Of a stretch of DNA of 64,000 nucleotides, positions 21,452 to 31,670 are shown in pieces. Position 1 is the stretch's first letter. The number at the start of each line of letters is the position of its first letter. The DNA comes from Theionarchaea archaeon (GTDB lineage: Archaea > Methanobacteriota_B > Thermococci > Methanofastidiosales > SZ-28-30), in contig JACVGT010000018.1 of assembly GCA_018992685.1 (NCBI GenBank), positions 224,001 through 288,000 of the forward strand, read 5' to 3'. Below the pieces are notes generated by a model, which had not been told where the DNA came from, did not search any database, and was given only the letters and a program-made list of their open reading frames with translations. Both the position numbers and the translations under genes were made by a program.

Positions 21452-21530
21452 GTAATAAACACGACTTCAATCATATTCTTTCCTCCTTGGAGTCAGGCGA
21501 AATGTCTGGCTACCACCTTCTTTTCTTTTT
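21451..21530 (+). ncRNA. Candidate small RNA with anti-SD/anti-AUG loop
   Basis: Own promoter and no ORF. Stem GACTTCAA/TTGGAGTC with loop TCATATTCTTTCCTCC, hairpin CAGGC-GAAAT-GTCTG, then a T-tract. The next gene has its own TATA (~21637). Confidence 0.6.
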
Positions 21531-21663
21531 CTACAGATTACCACGGGACTCGTCAAAGGTATTGAGCGATCACGCCAGTGAGCCAGGCCATTCTGGAGGA
21601 ATTGAGCCACTAGACTGCTTCTGACGAGCAAAAGTATTTATAACAGATAACCACACGTGCACT

Positions 21664-22872
21664 ATGCGAGTTGCTTGGCTCCTCTGTCTGTGCGCCCTGA
21701 TGGCACAATCCCTGCCAGATCCCCTCGTGCTTGACTCCTTTGAAAGCCAAGAAGGATGGGATCAGGTGGCAGCAGAGGGATGCTCAATCAGGCTCACATT
21801 GGACAGGATGAATTCTCGGGAAGGTCAGGCCTCCATTCGGATTGAAGCTCAATTTCCAGAAGGCTGTGAAGAAGGACGATGTTACGCAGGGATGACGCGC
21901 AGAGTATCTGGATTTGAAGGATACCACTTTTTCAGATTTTGGATAAAGCCGGATGCTGCAGCATCCAATGCAGTTTTTGCAATCCATCTAGCCATTTCAG
22001 GAGGCAGGGAAGGGTTTTGCCTTGTCCCTCTGGACCAGACAGGATGGCATCTAGTTACTGTTTCTTTCACGGACTTCGAAAGTGACAAAAAGGAAACCAT
22101 ATCCTTTTCACCCGGTGACATTGAAGCTGTTTCCTTACTTTTGGCATCAAACAAGGCAATGAAAACAGTGATCAATGTCGACGAGCTTCTGGTGCTGCAG
22201 GATTCCAATGGAAATGGAATTCCTGACAAAGATGAGACCAATATGCTTGAGGCAGCAAGAAATTCCGAACAAATGGCAGATCGGTACTATGAAAACGAGG
22301 ACTATGAGAAAGCAAGGAAATACTACGAGGAAACCAGAAGTCTCTATCAGAAGGCAGGGAATGCTGAAAAGGCCCAGGAAATGGACAAAAATGCCAAACA
22401 ATGTGTTGCTTTGCTGGAATATGAACAAGCAGAAGAGTCCTATGCTCAAGAGGATTACGCCAGCGCTATGGAAGCATATGAAAGAGCCAGGAGAGAATTT
22501 GTCCTTCTGGGAGACCTGGATATGGTAGGCATCATTGAAGAGCGACTGGGAGAACTGAGCGCCCTGACAGGAAAACCAACCTCACCCCCTCCAGCCAGAA
22601 CTGGTCTGCCTCCTGCCAGCGAGAGACCTCGAAGTGGTGGAGCAGGGGGACTGTTTCTAGTGCTGCTTCTGGTGGCTGTTGTGGGGGGAGGAGTGTACAT
22701 GTGGAAGTTCAGGAAGCCTGCTCAGCCAGAACCGGAAAAAGAGACGGAACCTGCCCTCCCTTCAGAAGGAAAAGCTGAAGAAATCCGCAAGTTGAAAGCT
22801 CGATTCGTATATGGCGAAATCACCAGAAAGGATTATGAAAAGAAATTGAGAGAATTGGAGGGCGAATCATAG
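21664..22872 (+). CDS. Membrane-anchored surface protein (carbohydrate-binding-like domain, TPR-like helices, TM, SHOCT-like tail)
   Basis: Signal peptide, beta-sandwich with GWHLVTVSFTDF, DSNGNGIPD motif, helical repeats, TM segment, C-terminal GEITRKDYEKK. Confidence 0.65.
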   Translation: MRVAWLLCLCALMAQSLPDPLVLDSFESQEGWDQVAAEGCSIRLTLDRMNSREGQASIRIEAQFPEGCEEGRCYAGMTRRVSGFEGYHFFRFWIKPDAAASNAVFAIHLAISGGREGFCLVPLDQTGWHLVTVSFTDFESDKKETISFSPGDIEAVSLLLASNKAMKTVINVDELLVLQDSNGNGIPDKDETNMLEAARNSEQMADRYYENEDYEKARKYYEETRSLYQKAGNAEKAQEMDKNAKQCVALLEYEQAEESYAQEDYASAMEAYERARREFVLLGDLDMVGIIEERLGELSALTGKPTSPPPARTGLPPASERPRSGGAGGLFLVLLLVAVVGGGVYMWKFRKPAQPEPEKETEPALPSEGKAEEIRKLKARFVYGEITRKDYEKKLRELEGES

Positions 22873-22912
22873 GTTACGCGGCTCAACCCAGGGTTCTGAG
22901 TTCCATTGCAGG

Positions 22913-23638
22913 TTATTCCTTCAGAAGAATCACCAAACCGCTGGGAGTTTCCAGTTTGATCAGCTGCCCCTCCTTGGTGACGTAGGCAACGTATCCTTCG
23001 GGTGCAGAGAACGTCAGCGTGTAGCATGACCAGCTTTTTCCTGCAGCCTCCATGAGGGAAGGTATTTCCGCAACAGATGCTCTGACCGCGACTCTTTCCA
23101 TGGGCTGAGGTGCAAACACATTGGCAGCAAACGTTCCGTCGGGGACTATGAGGACTGCTGAAAACATCAGATCCCACTGGCCAATCATGTTGTTGTCCAC
23201 GCACAGCGTGTTTACGGGCAATTCTATGGTTTTATCATAGGCGGAATCGGGACGGGAGGCAACAACATACACTGATTCCTCTGAGAAATCTGCTTTCACC
23301 GTGTGCAACTCGCCATCAATTGTACCCTCAAACTCGTAGTGCAGGCATCGATCTGATGTGTCCACGATATACATGGCCTCAATATGCAGCGTCACTTCAT
23401 TGCTTTCTATGTCTGTTACTGATTCTATGAAATAGGCGTCTATCCCGTTATACAGTTCCTGCTTAACAACAGAATAGCTATTGTAACCGATGTAGACTCC
23501 ATCACTAAAAAACTCAAAGGTATGACCTGTCCCCACCTCGAGGCTCAGGGGCTGCACATTGTATTGGGGAGTCTGGCCCATGCACATCGAAAGAAAGCAC
23601 AGGGCCACAATGCTAGTGGCTATCATCAGTGAATTCAT
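22913..23638 (-). CDS. Hypothetical beta-rich lipoprotein
   Basis: Signal/lipobox LSMCMG followed by a beta-rich body; leaderless-type start downstream of TTTTAAAA. Confidence 0.65.
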   Translation of the reverse strand: MNSLMIATSIVALCFLSMCMGQTPQYNVQPLSLEVGTGHTFEFFSDGVYIGYNSYSVVKQELYNGIDAYFIESVTDIESNEVTLHIEAMYIVDTSDRCLHYEFEGTIDGELHTVKADFSEESVYVVASRPDSAYDKTIELPVNTLCVDNNMIGQWDLMFSAVLIVPDGTFAANVFAPQPMERVAVRASVAEIPSLMEAAGKSWSCYTLTFSAPEGYVAYVTKEGQLIKLETPSGLVILLKE

Positions 23639-23807
23639 GCTCTCCCATAGAGGGATGCTTTTAAAAACCTTCCTTTCTCGTTGCTGAATTCTCTGTAAGT
23701 ATGAAGAGTAATTCAGTGTTCTTTTACTGCAACTAGCGTCGATCATTTTAATTCCTGGAAATGTAGAAAGGCGGAAGTTTTATATTTGTAGAAAATATTG
23801 CATCTAC

Positions 23808-26800
23808 GTGTCTGAAGCAAACACAAAGTTGATAAATCAAGCTGTGCGGGCTCTTGTAGAAGATGCAAAAGACGCTTTCATTGTCGTGGGTATTGAAGGA
23901 AAAATCCACCTTCTTAATAGAAAAGCACTTCGTCTTACCGGCAAGAATGAATCTTGTCTTGTGGGAGCCCCTGTAACAGACATCCTCACTGTACCTGGGG
24001 GACTTAGCATTTCTGCAGATTCTTCAGGTGATGAAGAAAGAGTTGTAAGAGCCCGTATGGCTACGTCAACCGGAAGAATTCCTGTCGATGTCCGGATAAA
24101 ACCCCTGTGCAATGGCACGGGATGTGTCGGGGCTGTCCTCATGATAAGAGGGAGAACCAGAGGGTTCGAGTTTTTAAGCTCCTTTGAGACAATGGGTGCA
24201 ATCCTTCAGAGACATTCTGACATAGAGCAGATTTACGAGACTCTGGGGGGGGAACTATCCCGCCTCCACATCAAAGTACTCCTGCTTGGCTACGAGAAAG
24301 AGTATTGCACCGTGGAATTCCATACACTGAGCAGCAAAAGAATGCGCATTATGGAGTTTATTGGAAGAGTGGTTTTCTCCACAATCAAGTTGAAAATAAC
24401 AGAAGAGGCATTCAGGAAAATGATGATCCAAAAAGCCCTCTTTTTCAATAATGTTTCTTCCATTGTGGAAAGTGCATCCCTGGACTATACAAGTGACGAC
24501 CTTAGGCAATTCCTCTCTTCAATTGGGATTTCCAGGGGGATCGCCGTGCCCCTACTGGCAGAAGATAAGGTATCGGGCATCCTCATGGTGTTTTCGTCTG
24601 AATTTATACCTGATGATACTCCTTCGGCATCCACGCTAGGGATTCAGGTATCTGTTGCCCTTGAACGGGCCCACCACTTCCAGCGGCTGGTTACCGATCT
24701 TAAAGCCCTGGAAGGACAGATTGCCATCAGAACTCAGGAACTGGTCCGGGTGAAGAATCAAATGGAAAGTATCGTGCAGAGCTCAGCAGATGCAATCGTT
24801 GCTACTGACTTGGAGGGAACGATAACCTTCGTTAACAGAGGGGCTGAAAGTATGTTTGGATTCCCCAAATCAGTCATTTTAGGGCAGCCCATTACCAATT
24901 TCTTTGCTGAAGGAAAGAAAGCAGCAAAGAGCTTGAGAAAGATTGTGTTAGAAAGGGGACGCATTGAGAATGCAGAGCTGTCTTTTAAAGTGAGTGGGGG
25001 AAGGTTGGCACCCGCACTGGCTTCTTTTTCTCTACTAAAAGATGAGAAAAGCAACGTCACTGGCATAATGGCCGTGTTGAGAGACGTCACCGAGCAGAAG
25101 AGGCTGCAGGAAACTCTCGAATCCCTGAATAGTGCAGCCAACCGTATCCAAAAATGCAGAACCCTGGAAGAGATCTTAAAGATCACTGCTGAGGAATTGA
25201 AGCGATTCAATTTTCACGTCGTATTCATGCTGTTCAACAATGACCACAGAAGAGGGAGAATCTCCCACATGACATCGAAGGAAAGACTGCAGCCAGTCGA
25301 GAGGAAAATGGGGAAACCCCTGAATGATATTGATTTTTCTCTTGAGAATCCACTGTATGACCAGCTGATCAGAAAAAAGGAAGCCATCTTCATTCAAGAT
25401 CTGCGATCCTTCTCCAGGTTACTTGTACCGTTCCCCATCACGAAGGTCTTTGATGAAGGATTTGATTTGCTGGAAATCTCGGACAAGAAAGCAATAGCAG
25501 TTCCTCTCATCCTTCATGACGAGGCAGTTGGGCTGCTGGGCGTACTGTCTGATGTGATCACTGCTCACGATATCCCCTCTATGACAGCTTTTGCCAACCA
25601 AGTATCCACAGCTCTGGAAAATGCCAGGCTGCTGGAAGAGAGTCAGCAGAGAGCAAGTGAGCTGACCAGGAACCTAAAGGAACAGGAAATGCTGCGAGAA
25701 CTGAATACGCGGCTGTTCCAGGCACGTTCCAGGAAAGTGGTGTTTGATGCAGCTTTTGAACGTATCCAGCAGATGGGATATCCCCTGTGTGTCCTTGTCA
25801 TGTTAAATGAAGAGAGGGATCGTGCCATGGTGGTCAGACTGGAAATGGACGATTTTTTGGTGGAATCCGTTCAGGATATGATTAGAACTGTGATCCCAGG
25901 ATTTACTATTAATGACTTTGCTGTTCCTGTTGAGAAGAACACTGTCCTTAGCTTGTTTTTTGAGAAGGAAATACCCCTGGTTACCTCTGACATCAGACAG
26001 AGCTCAGGCACAGTTTCCTGTGTTGAGCTCACAACCCTGTATGAAGCATTTACCTGTGGAGCATCCGCACGTGAACCCCTTATAGCAGAAGTAGCAGACC
26101 TCTTGCCCTACCGTTCGTGCATGGTATTTCCCATCAGGGTTGGGGGGCAGACCGTGGGAGCTATGGCTGTGGCCAGCAGTACCACGTTTTCTGAGAAGGA
26201 ATTTGCACTGATGAATACAGCAGGAGAAATGGTATCCAGCGCTCTGGAACGGATTACTCAGTCTGAGAAACTGGCCGAAACGCTGAGCGAACTGCGGGCC
26301 GTGCAGAGAATCAACACGCTACTGAACATGGGGGCGCCCCTAGAACAGATTCTCTCCCAGATATCCACTAGCATTGAACGGGTATACCGATACCAGTTTG
26401 CCTATCCTCTGCTTCTCGATCCTTCTCGAAGATACCTCACCTTTAACCACATACAAGTCCCTCCCCCCATGTCAGAGAAAATCGTGGCTGCGTTTGGAGT
26501 GAACCTTGACAAATTCAGGTATCCTGTCACTGAAGATGCCGTGTTGCTGGATGTGGTCGTCAAACAAAAGAAATGCATCATTCGAAACGGATTTGAGGAT
26601 TTAGCTGCGGCGATCCCCATATCCGCAATAAGTCGTGCAATTGAGATGTTATCCAGCGATTTCTCTCACAACCTTGGATTGAAAGAAGGGGGCAGCATCA
26701 TGATCGCCCCTCTGCCTTATGGAGATGAGGTTATTGGAATCTTGCTTCTGGGGCACAATAAAGTCCTGACTGAAGAAGATTTCAACCGACTGGAATATTT

Positions 26801-27590
26801 CCTGGACCAGGTGGGAATCGCAATGGCGAAATCAGAGGTGGAGCACCGACTGAGACAGTCTCTCCAAGAGCTGAGGGAACTGGACCAGATGAAATCAGAG
26901 TTCATTGATATTGCTTCCCACGAACTGAGAACTCCTCTCACCACGTTGAAGCTGTATCTGGAGATGATGGCCCTGGAACAATACGGGAGAGTTACTGATC
27001 AATTGAGGGAACGCATCCGAGTCATGGAAGAGGGGGTCAACAGACTTGAAGACATTATCAATCAAACCCTGGTGGCATCCAGGCTCATCAAGAACAAACT
27101 AACTCTGGAAAATGAGGCAGTTTCTCTCCTGGATGTGACTACAGAAGTTGTCCGCCAGCTGCGTCCACTGTGGAATTCCAAACACCAGAACATTTTCCTG
27201 GAGAGTCCTCCTGACCTTCCTCTCATAGAAGGAGATAGAAACGCATTGTTTACTGCAGTGAACAACCTGGTGGACAACGCGATCCGCTATTCTCCTGAAA
27301 ATACAGAGATACTGATCAGATTCATCGTATATCCTGGCGAAATAGAATGTGTGGTGATAGACCATGGATGTGGCATCCCCGCAGAGCACACTGAGAAGAT
27401 CTTTGATGAGTTCTATATTGTGCCGAGCGAGACCGAATATGCAAGAATGGACGGAAGAACTGGACTGGGGCTGTTCATTGCAAAAGGGATTGTAGAGAGA
27501 CATAATGGAAGAATCTGGGTGGAAAGCGTTCTGAACGAGGGCTCAGCATTCCACGTTGTACTGCCCAGCCCACAACCGCGAAGCACATAG
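23808..27590 (+). CDS. Cytoplasmic multi-PAS/GAF sensor histidine kinase
   Basis: Two PAS and about four GAF segments. H-box ASHELRTPL, N-box NLVDNAIRYS, G1 DHGCGI, G2 TGLGLFI. Confidence 0.93.
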   Translation: MSEANTKLINQAVRALVEDAKDAFIVVGIEGKIHLLNRKALRLTGKNESCLVGAPVTDILTVPGGLSISADSSGDEERVVRARMATSTGRIPVDVRIKPLCNGTGCVGAVLMIRGRTRGFEFLSSFETMGAILQRHSDIEQIYETLGGELSRLHIKVLLLGYEKEYCTVEFHTLSSKRMRIMEFIGRVVFSTIKLKITEEAFRKMMIQKALFFNNVSSIVESASLDYTSDDLRQFLSSIGISRGIAVPLLAEDKVSGILMVFSSEFIPDDTPSASTLGIQVSVALERAHHFQRLVTDLKALEGQIAIRTQELVRVKNQMESIVQSSADAIVATDLEGTITFVNRGAESMFGFPKSVILGQPITNFFAEGKKAAKSLRKIVLERGRIENAELSFKVSGGRLAPALASFSLLKDEKSNVTGIMAVLRDVTEQKRLQETLESLNSAANRIQKCRTLEEILKITAEELKRFNFHVVFMLFNNDHRRGRISHMTSKERLQPVERKMGKPLNDIDFSLENPLYDQLIRKKEAIFIQDLRSFSRLLVPFPITKVFDEGFDLLEISDKKAIAVPLILHDEAVGLLGVLSDVITAHDIPSMTAFANQVSTALENARLLEESQQRASELTRNLKEQEMLRELNTRLFQARSRKVVFDAAFERIQQMGYPLCVLVMLNEERDRAMVVRLEMDDFLVESVQDMIRTVIPGFTINDFAVPVEKNTVLSLFFEKEIPLVTSDIRQSSGTVSCVELTTLYEAFTCGASAREPLIAEVADLLPYRSCMVFPIRVGGQTVGAMAVASSTTFSEKEFALMNTAGEMVSSALERITQSEKLAETLSELRAVQRINTLLNMGAPLEQILSQISTSIERVYRYQFAYPLLLDPSRRYLTFNHIQVPPPMSEKIVAAFGVNLDKFRYPVTEDAVLLDVVVKQKKCIIRNGFEDLAAAIPISAISRAIEMLSSDFSHNLGLKEGGSIMIAPLPYGDEVIGILLLGHNKVLTEEDFNRLEYFLDQVGIAMAKSEVEHRLRQSLQELRELDQMKSEFIDIASHELRTPLTTLKLYLEMMALEQYGRVTDQLRERIRVMEEGVNRLEDIINQTLVASRLIKNKLTLENEAVSLLDVTTEVVRQLRPLWNSKHQNIFLESPPDLPLIEGDRNALFTAVNNLVDNAIRYSPENTEILIRFIVYPGEIECVVIDHGCGIPAEHTEKIFDEFYIVPSETEYARMDGRTGLGLFIAKGIVERHNGRIWVESVLNEGSAFHVVLPSPQPRST

Positions 27591-27691
27591 GTCAATACCA
27601 CTCCTGCAGCCAGACCATTCTTGAAAAGGGAAGAAAAAAAGAAAAAGGTGAGAGGGGGGAACACTTTTAAGTCAGGCAATCATCTCACCTT

Positions 27692-29068
27692 ATGGATAAG
27701 ATAATCTGCATCTCCCTTGCTGTAATCCTGGCATCAGTGGGGGTGTGTGGTTCTGTACATGCTCCTGGCGTCGTCTTCTCCCATATGTCTGGAGAGGATA
27801 CGCCATCTGAATCCAGTCCACCTGACGTTGTATGGAGATACTATACTGATCGTTGTATCACTTCTTCCCCTCTCGTTTACGAGAACATGGTTCTCTTCGG
27901 GTCAAGAGATTGGTCGGTCCACTGTCTTGATGCTAACACAGGCACCGAGATCTGGAGTTATCGAACCAGTGGACAGGTAGATTCCTCTCCCAGAGTCTAC
28001 GAGAATAAGGTGTACATCGGCTCACGAGATGACAGCGTGTACTGTCTGGATTTAGCTACAGGGGAAAAGATCTGGTCTTTCAAAACGGAAAATGATATAG
28101 CTTCCTCCCCAGCTCTCTTTGAAGGGAAGCTGTATATTGGGAGTAAGGACGCAATCCTCTATTGCCTGGAGGCTGAGACGGGAACTGAGATATGGCGGTT
28201 CCAGGCGGGAGCATATGTTTTCTCGTCTCCTGTTGTAGAAGACGGCCGGGTTGTTTTTGGCTCCATAGATCAGAATATATACTGCATTGATGCTGAAACA
28301 GGTGACGTGCTGTGGAAGGTTTATACAGGCGACAAGGTGTACGCTTCCGCCCTCATTGAGGGAGGAAATGTCTACATTGGGTCTTGGGATGATTACATGT
28401 ACTGTCTGGATCTGGAAACGGGTAAAGAAATCTGGAAATATAAGACCATGCACAACATTTACTCTTCTGCAGCTTTGTATAAGGGGTATGTCTACTTCGG
28501 ATCAGTCGACTATAACATATATTGTGTGGAAGCAGACACGGGCAGGTTTGTCTGGCGGATCTTCACGGGGAATTATGTCACCTCCTCACCGACGGTAGTC
28601 GATGACAGAGTGTATGTGGGTTCTGTCGATTTCAACCTATACTGCCTCAATTACAAAACGGGTGGGATTTACTGGACGTTTCTCACTCATGGAGATATTG
28701 AATGCAAGCCGGCAGTAACCCCTGATTATATCTATATCACATCCTGTGATGGCCATCTATACTGCCTGAAACGAAAATTAAGCACGCTCAAGGTTGTGTC
28801 TGAGCCTGAAGGAAGTGATGTGTACATTGATGGAGAGTATCAGGGGAAGACTCCTCTGGAACAGGTGATGCCTCCCAACGAGTACTTGGTTACAGTGGAA
28901 TCAAAAACCGGAGTAAGAACCAAGAAGATCATACTGCAGGAGGAGGAAACAGAGGAAATCACATTCGACCTTCAGAAGAACCCCTACTGGTACATCGGGC
29001 TAGGGGGAGGTTGTGTTGCGATTATTCTTTTCCTTGTAATCTATAAAGTCAGTCAAAGAAAAATCTAG
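27692..29068 (+). CDS. PQQ-like beta-propeller protein with PEGA domain and C-terminal TM anchor
   Basis: About eight 40-aa repeats SSP..VYIGS.D..YCLD..TG..IW; PEGA-like SEPEGSDVYIDG..GKTP; signal peptide and TM. Confidence 0.85.
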   Translation: MDKIICISLAVILASVGVCGSVHAPGVVFSHMSGEDTPSESSPPDVVWRYYTDRCITSSPLVYENMVLFGSRDWSVHCLDANTGTEIWSYRTSGQVDSSPRVYENKVYIGSRDDSVYCLDLATGEKIWSFKTENDIASSPALFEGKLYIGSKDAILYCLEAETGTEIWRFQAGAYVFSSPVVEDGRVVFGSIDQNIYCIDAETGDVLWKVYTGDKVYASALIEGGNVYIGSWDDYMYCLDLETGKEIWKYKTMHNIYSSAALYKGYVYFGSVDYNIYCVEADTGRFVWRIFTGNYVTSSPTVVDDRVYVGSVDFNLYCLNYKTGGIYWTFLTHGDIECKPAVTPDYIYITSCDGHLYCLKRKLSTLKVVSEPEGSDVYIDGEYQGKTPLEQVMPPNEYLVTVESKTGVRTKKIILQEEETEEITFDLQKNPYWYIGLGGGCVAIILFLVIYKVSQRKI

Positions 29069-29345
29069 GGATTGCATTTGACTGAGGAAGAAACAGAAAA
29101 CCTTATATGGTATACATTTTCATAAGACACATATCCTGATAGCTGGATGTGAGAATCGTGTCAAGAGCCATGCGTGCACTGGTCGTCTATTCTGATGGAA
29201 TTTGGGTGCTTTGTACATTTTGCATGAAGATTCTACGGGATCAATTCTTGAGAATGGGTACAGAAATCCCAGTTACGGGACTATCGTCTGCAATTTCTCA
29301 AACAGCACGTCTAGAACTGCATTGTAGCTGAACGGAGGGACAGAA

Positions 29346-30428
29346 ATGATGGAGATTGTTCACAGAACGAGGGACATCGACAGGGAAGAGTGGAACGCCC
29401 TGACAAGGGGAGCGAGACCCGAGACCCACTATAACTGGTTCCTGTTTTGTGAGGATATTGGCCAGAGGCGAAATCTGACATACTGTCATGTTATCTATAA
29501 AGACAGCCAGGGGACTATCAGGGGGATGCTGCCAGCATACTCCCTTCATATTTGCTTGAGAGATTTTCTGGTTTCATTTGGTCTTCTCTCTCTGGCCCGG
29601 CTGACACCCGTACTGAAAACGCCCTTCAAGATCACAGAAGTTCACATCCCCTATTCTGTCGATTCCTTGTACCTTGGAGACCCACTGTACTTCAATCAAT
29701 GTCTACGGTTCCTGGAGGAGTTTTCAAGAGAACGCCGCCACGCTTTTCTCTTTGTCAAGGATTGCAGCAGTCACCTGGATCTTCCTCAGTACACATGTGT
29801 GGAACAGTTTCCTGAAGTGTGCATGACACCCTATCCTTCCTGGGACGCGTATTGCGGCAGCCAGCAGGGGCGGCGGGCAAAGAACATACGATATGAATAC
29901 AGGAAGAGTGTTGAACACGGAACAAAAACCTACATGGTGGAGGATTTGGGAGGATACAGCACTCTCCTGGAGACTATGGAAACGAATGTGTGGGAGAAGA
30001 ACAAGAGCTACTCAGAGCCTATTAAAGGGTATTTCAAGAAGATTGAGGAATATGTTCCTGACTTGACCAAATGTATTTTTGCGGAAAATGGAGGAGAAAT
30101 CGCGGGATATTTATTTCTTCTGGAAAATGACTCATCAATAACGTGCAAACATGCAGGAAGAAATTATTCATGCTCAGATCCCTATGTTTATTTTCGATTA
30201 TTGTATGAACTCATCAAATACTCAATCAAACAGAAGAAGCCAGTGTCCATTGAAAAAGCCAGTTACGATGCTAAATTGCGAAGAGGATTTAAACTAGTCG
30301 AGAAAAGGAGCTATCTTAAGTCGAACCTCCTTGCATTAGGAGATCTCTATCTCAGGTTGATCAAGAGGGCCAATAGAAGGGTAGCGACCCAGGTAGAAGA
30401 GATACGATCCCTCCAAGACGCAACATAA
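29346..30428 (+). CDS. Tandem GNAT / FemAB-like acyltransferase family protein
   Basis: IDREEWNAL, SWDAY..RRAKNIRYE, YFRLLYELIKY, YDAKLRRGF pattern. Confidence 0.65.
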   Translation: MMEIVHRTRDIDREEWNALTRGARPETHYNWFLFCEDIGQRRNLTYCHVIYKDSQGTIRGMLPAYSLHICLRDFLVSFGLLSLARLTPVLKTPFKITEVHIPYSVDSLYLGDPLYFNQCLRFLEEFSRERRHAFLFVKDCSSHLDLPQYTCVEQFPEVCMTPYPSWDAYCGSQQGRRAKNIRYEYRKSVEHGTKTYMVEDLGGYSTLLETMETNVWEKNKSYSEPIKGYFKKIEEYVPDLTKCIFAENGGEIAGYLFLLENDSSITCKHAGRNYSCSDPYVYFRLLYELIKYSIKQKKPVSIEKASYDAKLRRGFKLVEKRSYLKSNLLALGDLYLRLIKRANRRVATQVEEIRSLQDAT

Positions 30429-30522
30429 TAGTACTCACGATGAGGTCAGGATACAGGACAAATGTGAATTGACTCTTTCATGAACCAAAAACCCTTTTAA
30501 AATCGACGTCTCTAGTAGACGT

Positions 30523-31626
30523 ATGGATTTTCATTTACAGTTCAATATACTCAAGAATGAAGTGGAAGAGCGAATTGCTTCATTCCTGGATGCAAGGAAA
30601 GATAGTCCAATATTAAGAGGATTCTACGACGACATGAGGAGCCAGGTTCTAAAGGGGGGAAAAAGGTTGAGACCAATAGTCATGATCCAGACCTACGCGG
30701 GGTTCAAAGAAAAGGATCAATCTATTCTCACTGCGTGTCTCTCCTGTGAATTTGTCCATTCTGCTTCTTTGATACTTGATGATGCAATGGATGAAGATAT
30801 TCTGAGACATGGCAAGAAAACGTTCAATGCCATCTATGCAGATAAGATTTTTGACTCTATGAACTTTTCCTTTCAAAAATATGGGAGAGGTTCCTCCTGG
30901 ATTCAAAAGGAGGGGCTTTTTGACCTATTATATGTGCAGAGAGCATTATCACGGTATTCCTATGCTATGTCCTCCCTGGCCTCTAACTTGCTGTACTCCT
31001 TATCAGTGAAATGTCTCAGTGAAGCAGGATTCGATAAGCAGGTTACGCTAAGGGCTCTGGCCCTTCACAATGAGATGTTCAGGCAGCTCAACGAGGGGCA
31101 GCTCCTGGATATGTTCATGGAAAAGAGGCAGTGTACTGAACAGGACTACTTGGCCATGATCGACAAGAAGTCGGGGCTCCTGTTTGCCTTCCCTATGCGG
31201 ATCGCAGCCATCCTGGCTGGAAATGATACTCCTGCCCTGGATCAGTACAGCTTCCCCATGGCCAGAGGGTTCCAGATACATGACGATATTCTGGGGACTT
31301 TCGGAGGAAAAGAAACAGGGAAACCTTCCGATTCAGATATCAAGAAAGGAAAAAGGACACTCCTGGTAATCACGGCAGTGAAGGAGGCTACAGAAGAACA
31401 GAAAGAGGCTATGGATGCAACCTTGGGAAAACCTGATGCCACTGAGGAAGAAGTGGACAATGTGAGAACGATTCTGAGGGAAACCGGGGCACTGGAATAC
31501 TGCCAGGAGAAAGCACGCAGTTTCACAGAACAGGCCCGGAAGGCACTGGAACCAATTCCCCTGAAGGAGGAGCAGAATGTGTTCCTGGGGGATCTCGCTG
31601 ATTTCGTTGTGGAGAGAGATTTCTGA
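30523..31626 (+). CDS. trans-Polyprenyl diphosphate synthase
   Basis: GGKRLRP, first Asp-rich motif (FARM) DDAMDED..R, GQLLD, FQIHDDILG, GKPSDSDIKKGK. Confidence 0.9.
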   Translation: MDFHLQFNILKNEVEERIASFLDARKDSPILRGFYDDMRSQVLKGGKRLRPIVMIQTYAGFKEKDQSILTACLSCEFVHSASLILDDAMDEDILRHGKKTFNAIYADKIFDSMNFSFQKYGRGSSWIQKEGLFDLLYVQRALSRYSYAMSSLASNLLYSLSVKCLSEAGFDKQVTLRALALHNEMFRQLNEGQLLDMFMEKRQCTEQDYLAMIDKKSGLLFAFPMRIAAILAGNDTPALDQYSFPMARGFQIHDDILGTFGGKETGKPSDSDIKKGKRTLLVITAVKEATEEQKEAMDATLGKPDATEEEVDNVRTILRETGALEYCQEKARSFTEQARKALEPIPLKEEQNVFLGDLADFVVERDF

Positions 31627-31670
31627 ACAAAATCATCATCCAAAGACAAGCACGTGCAGGCATAGGTATT

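Noticed and set aside
27830-28770. Repeat array or CRISPR-like periodicity
   Set aside because: Degenerate 40-aa beta-propeller coding repeats, not DNA-level repeats with spacers.
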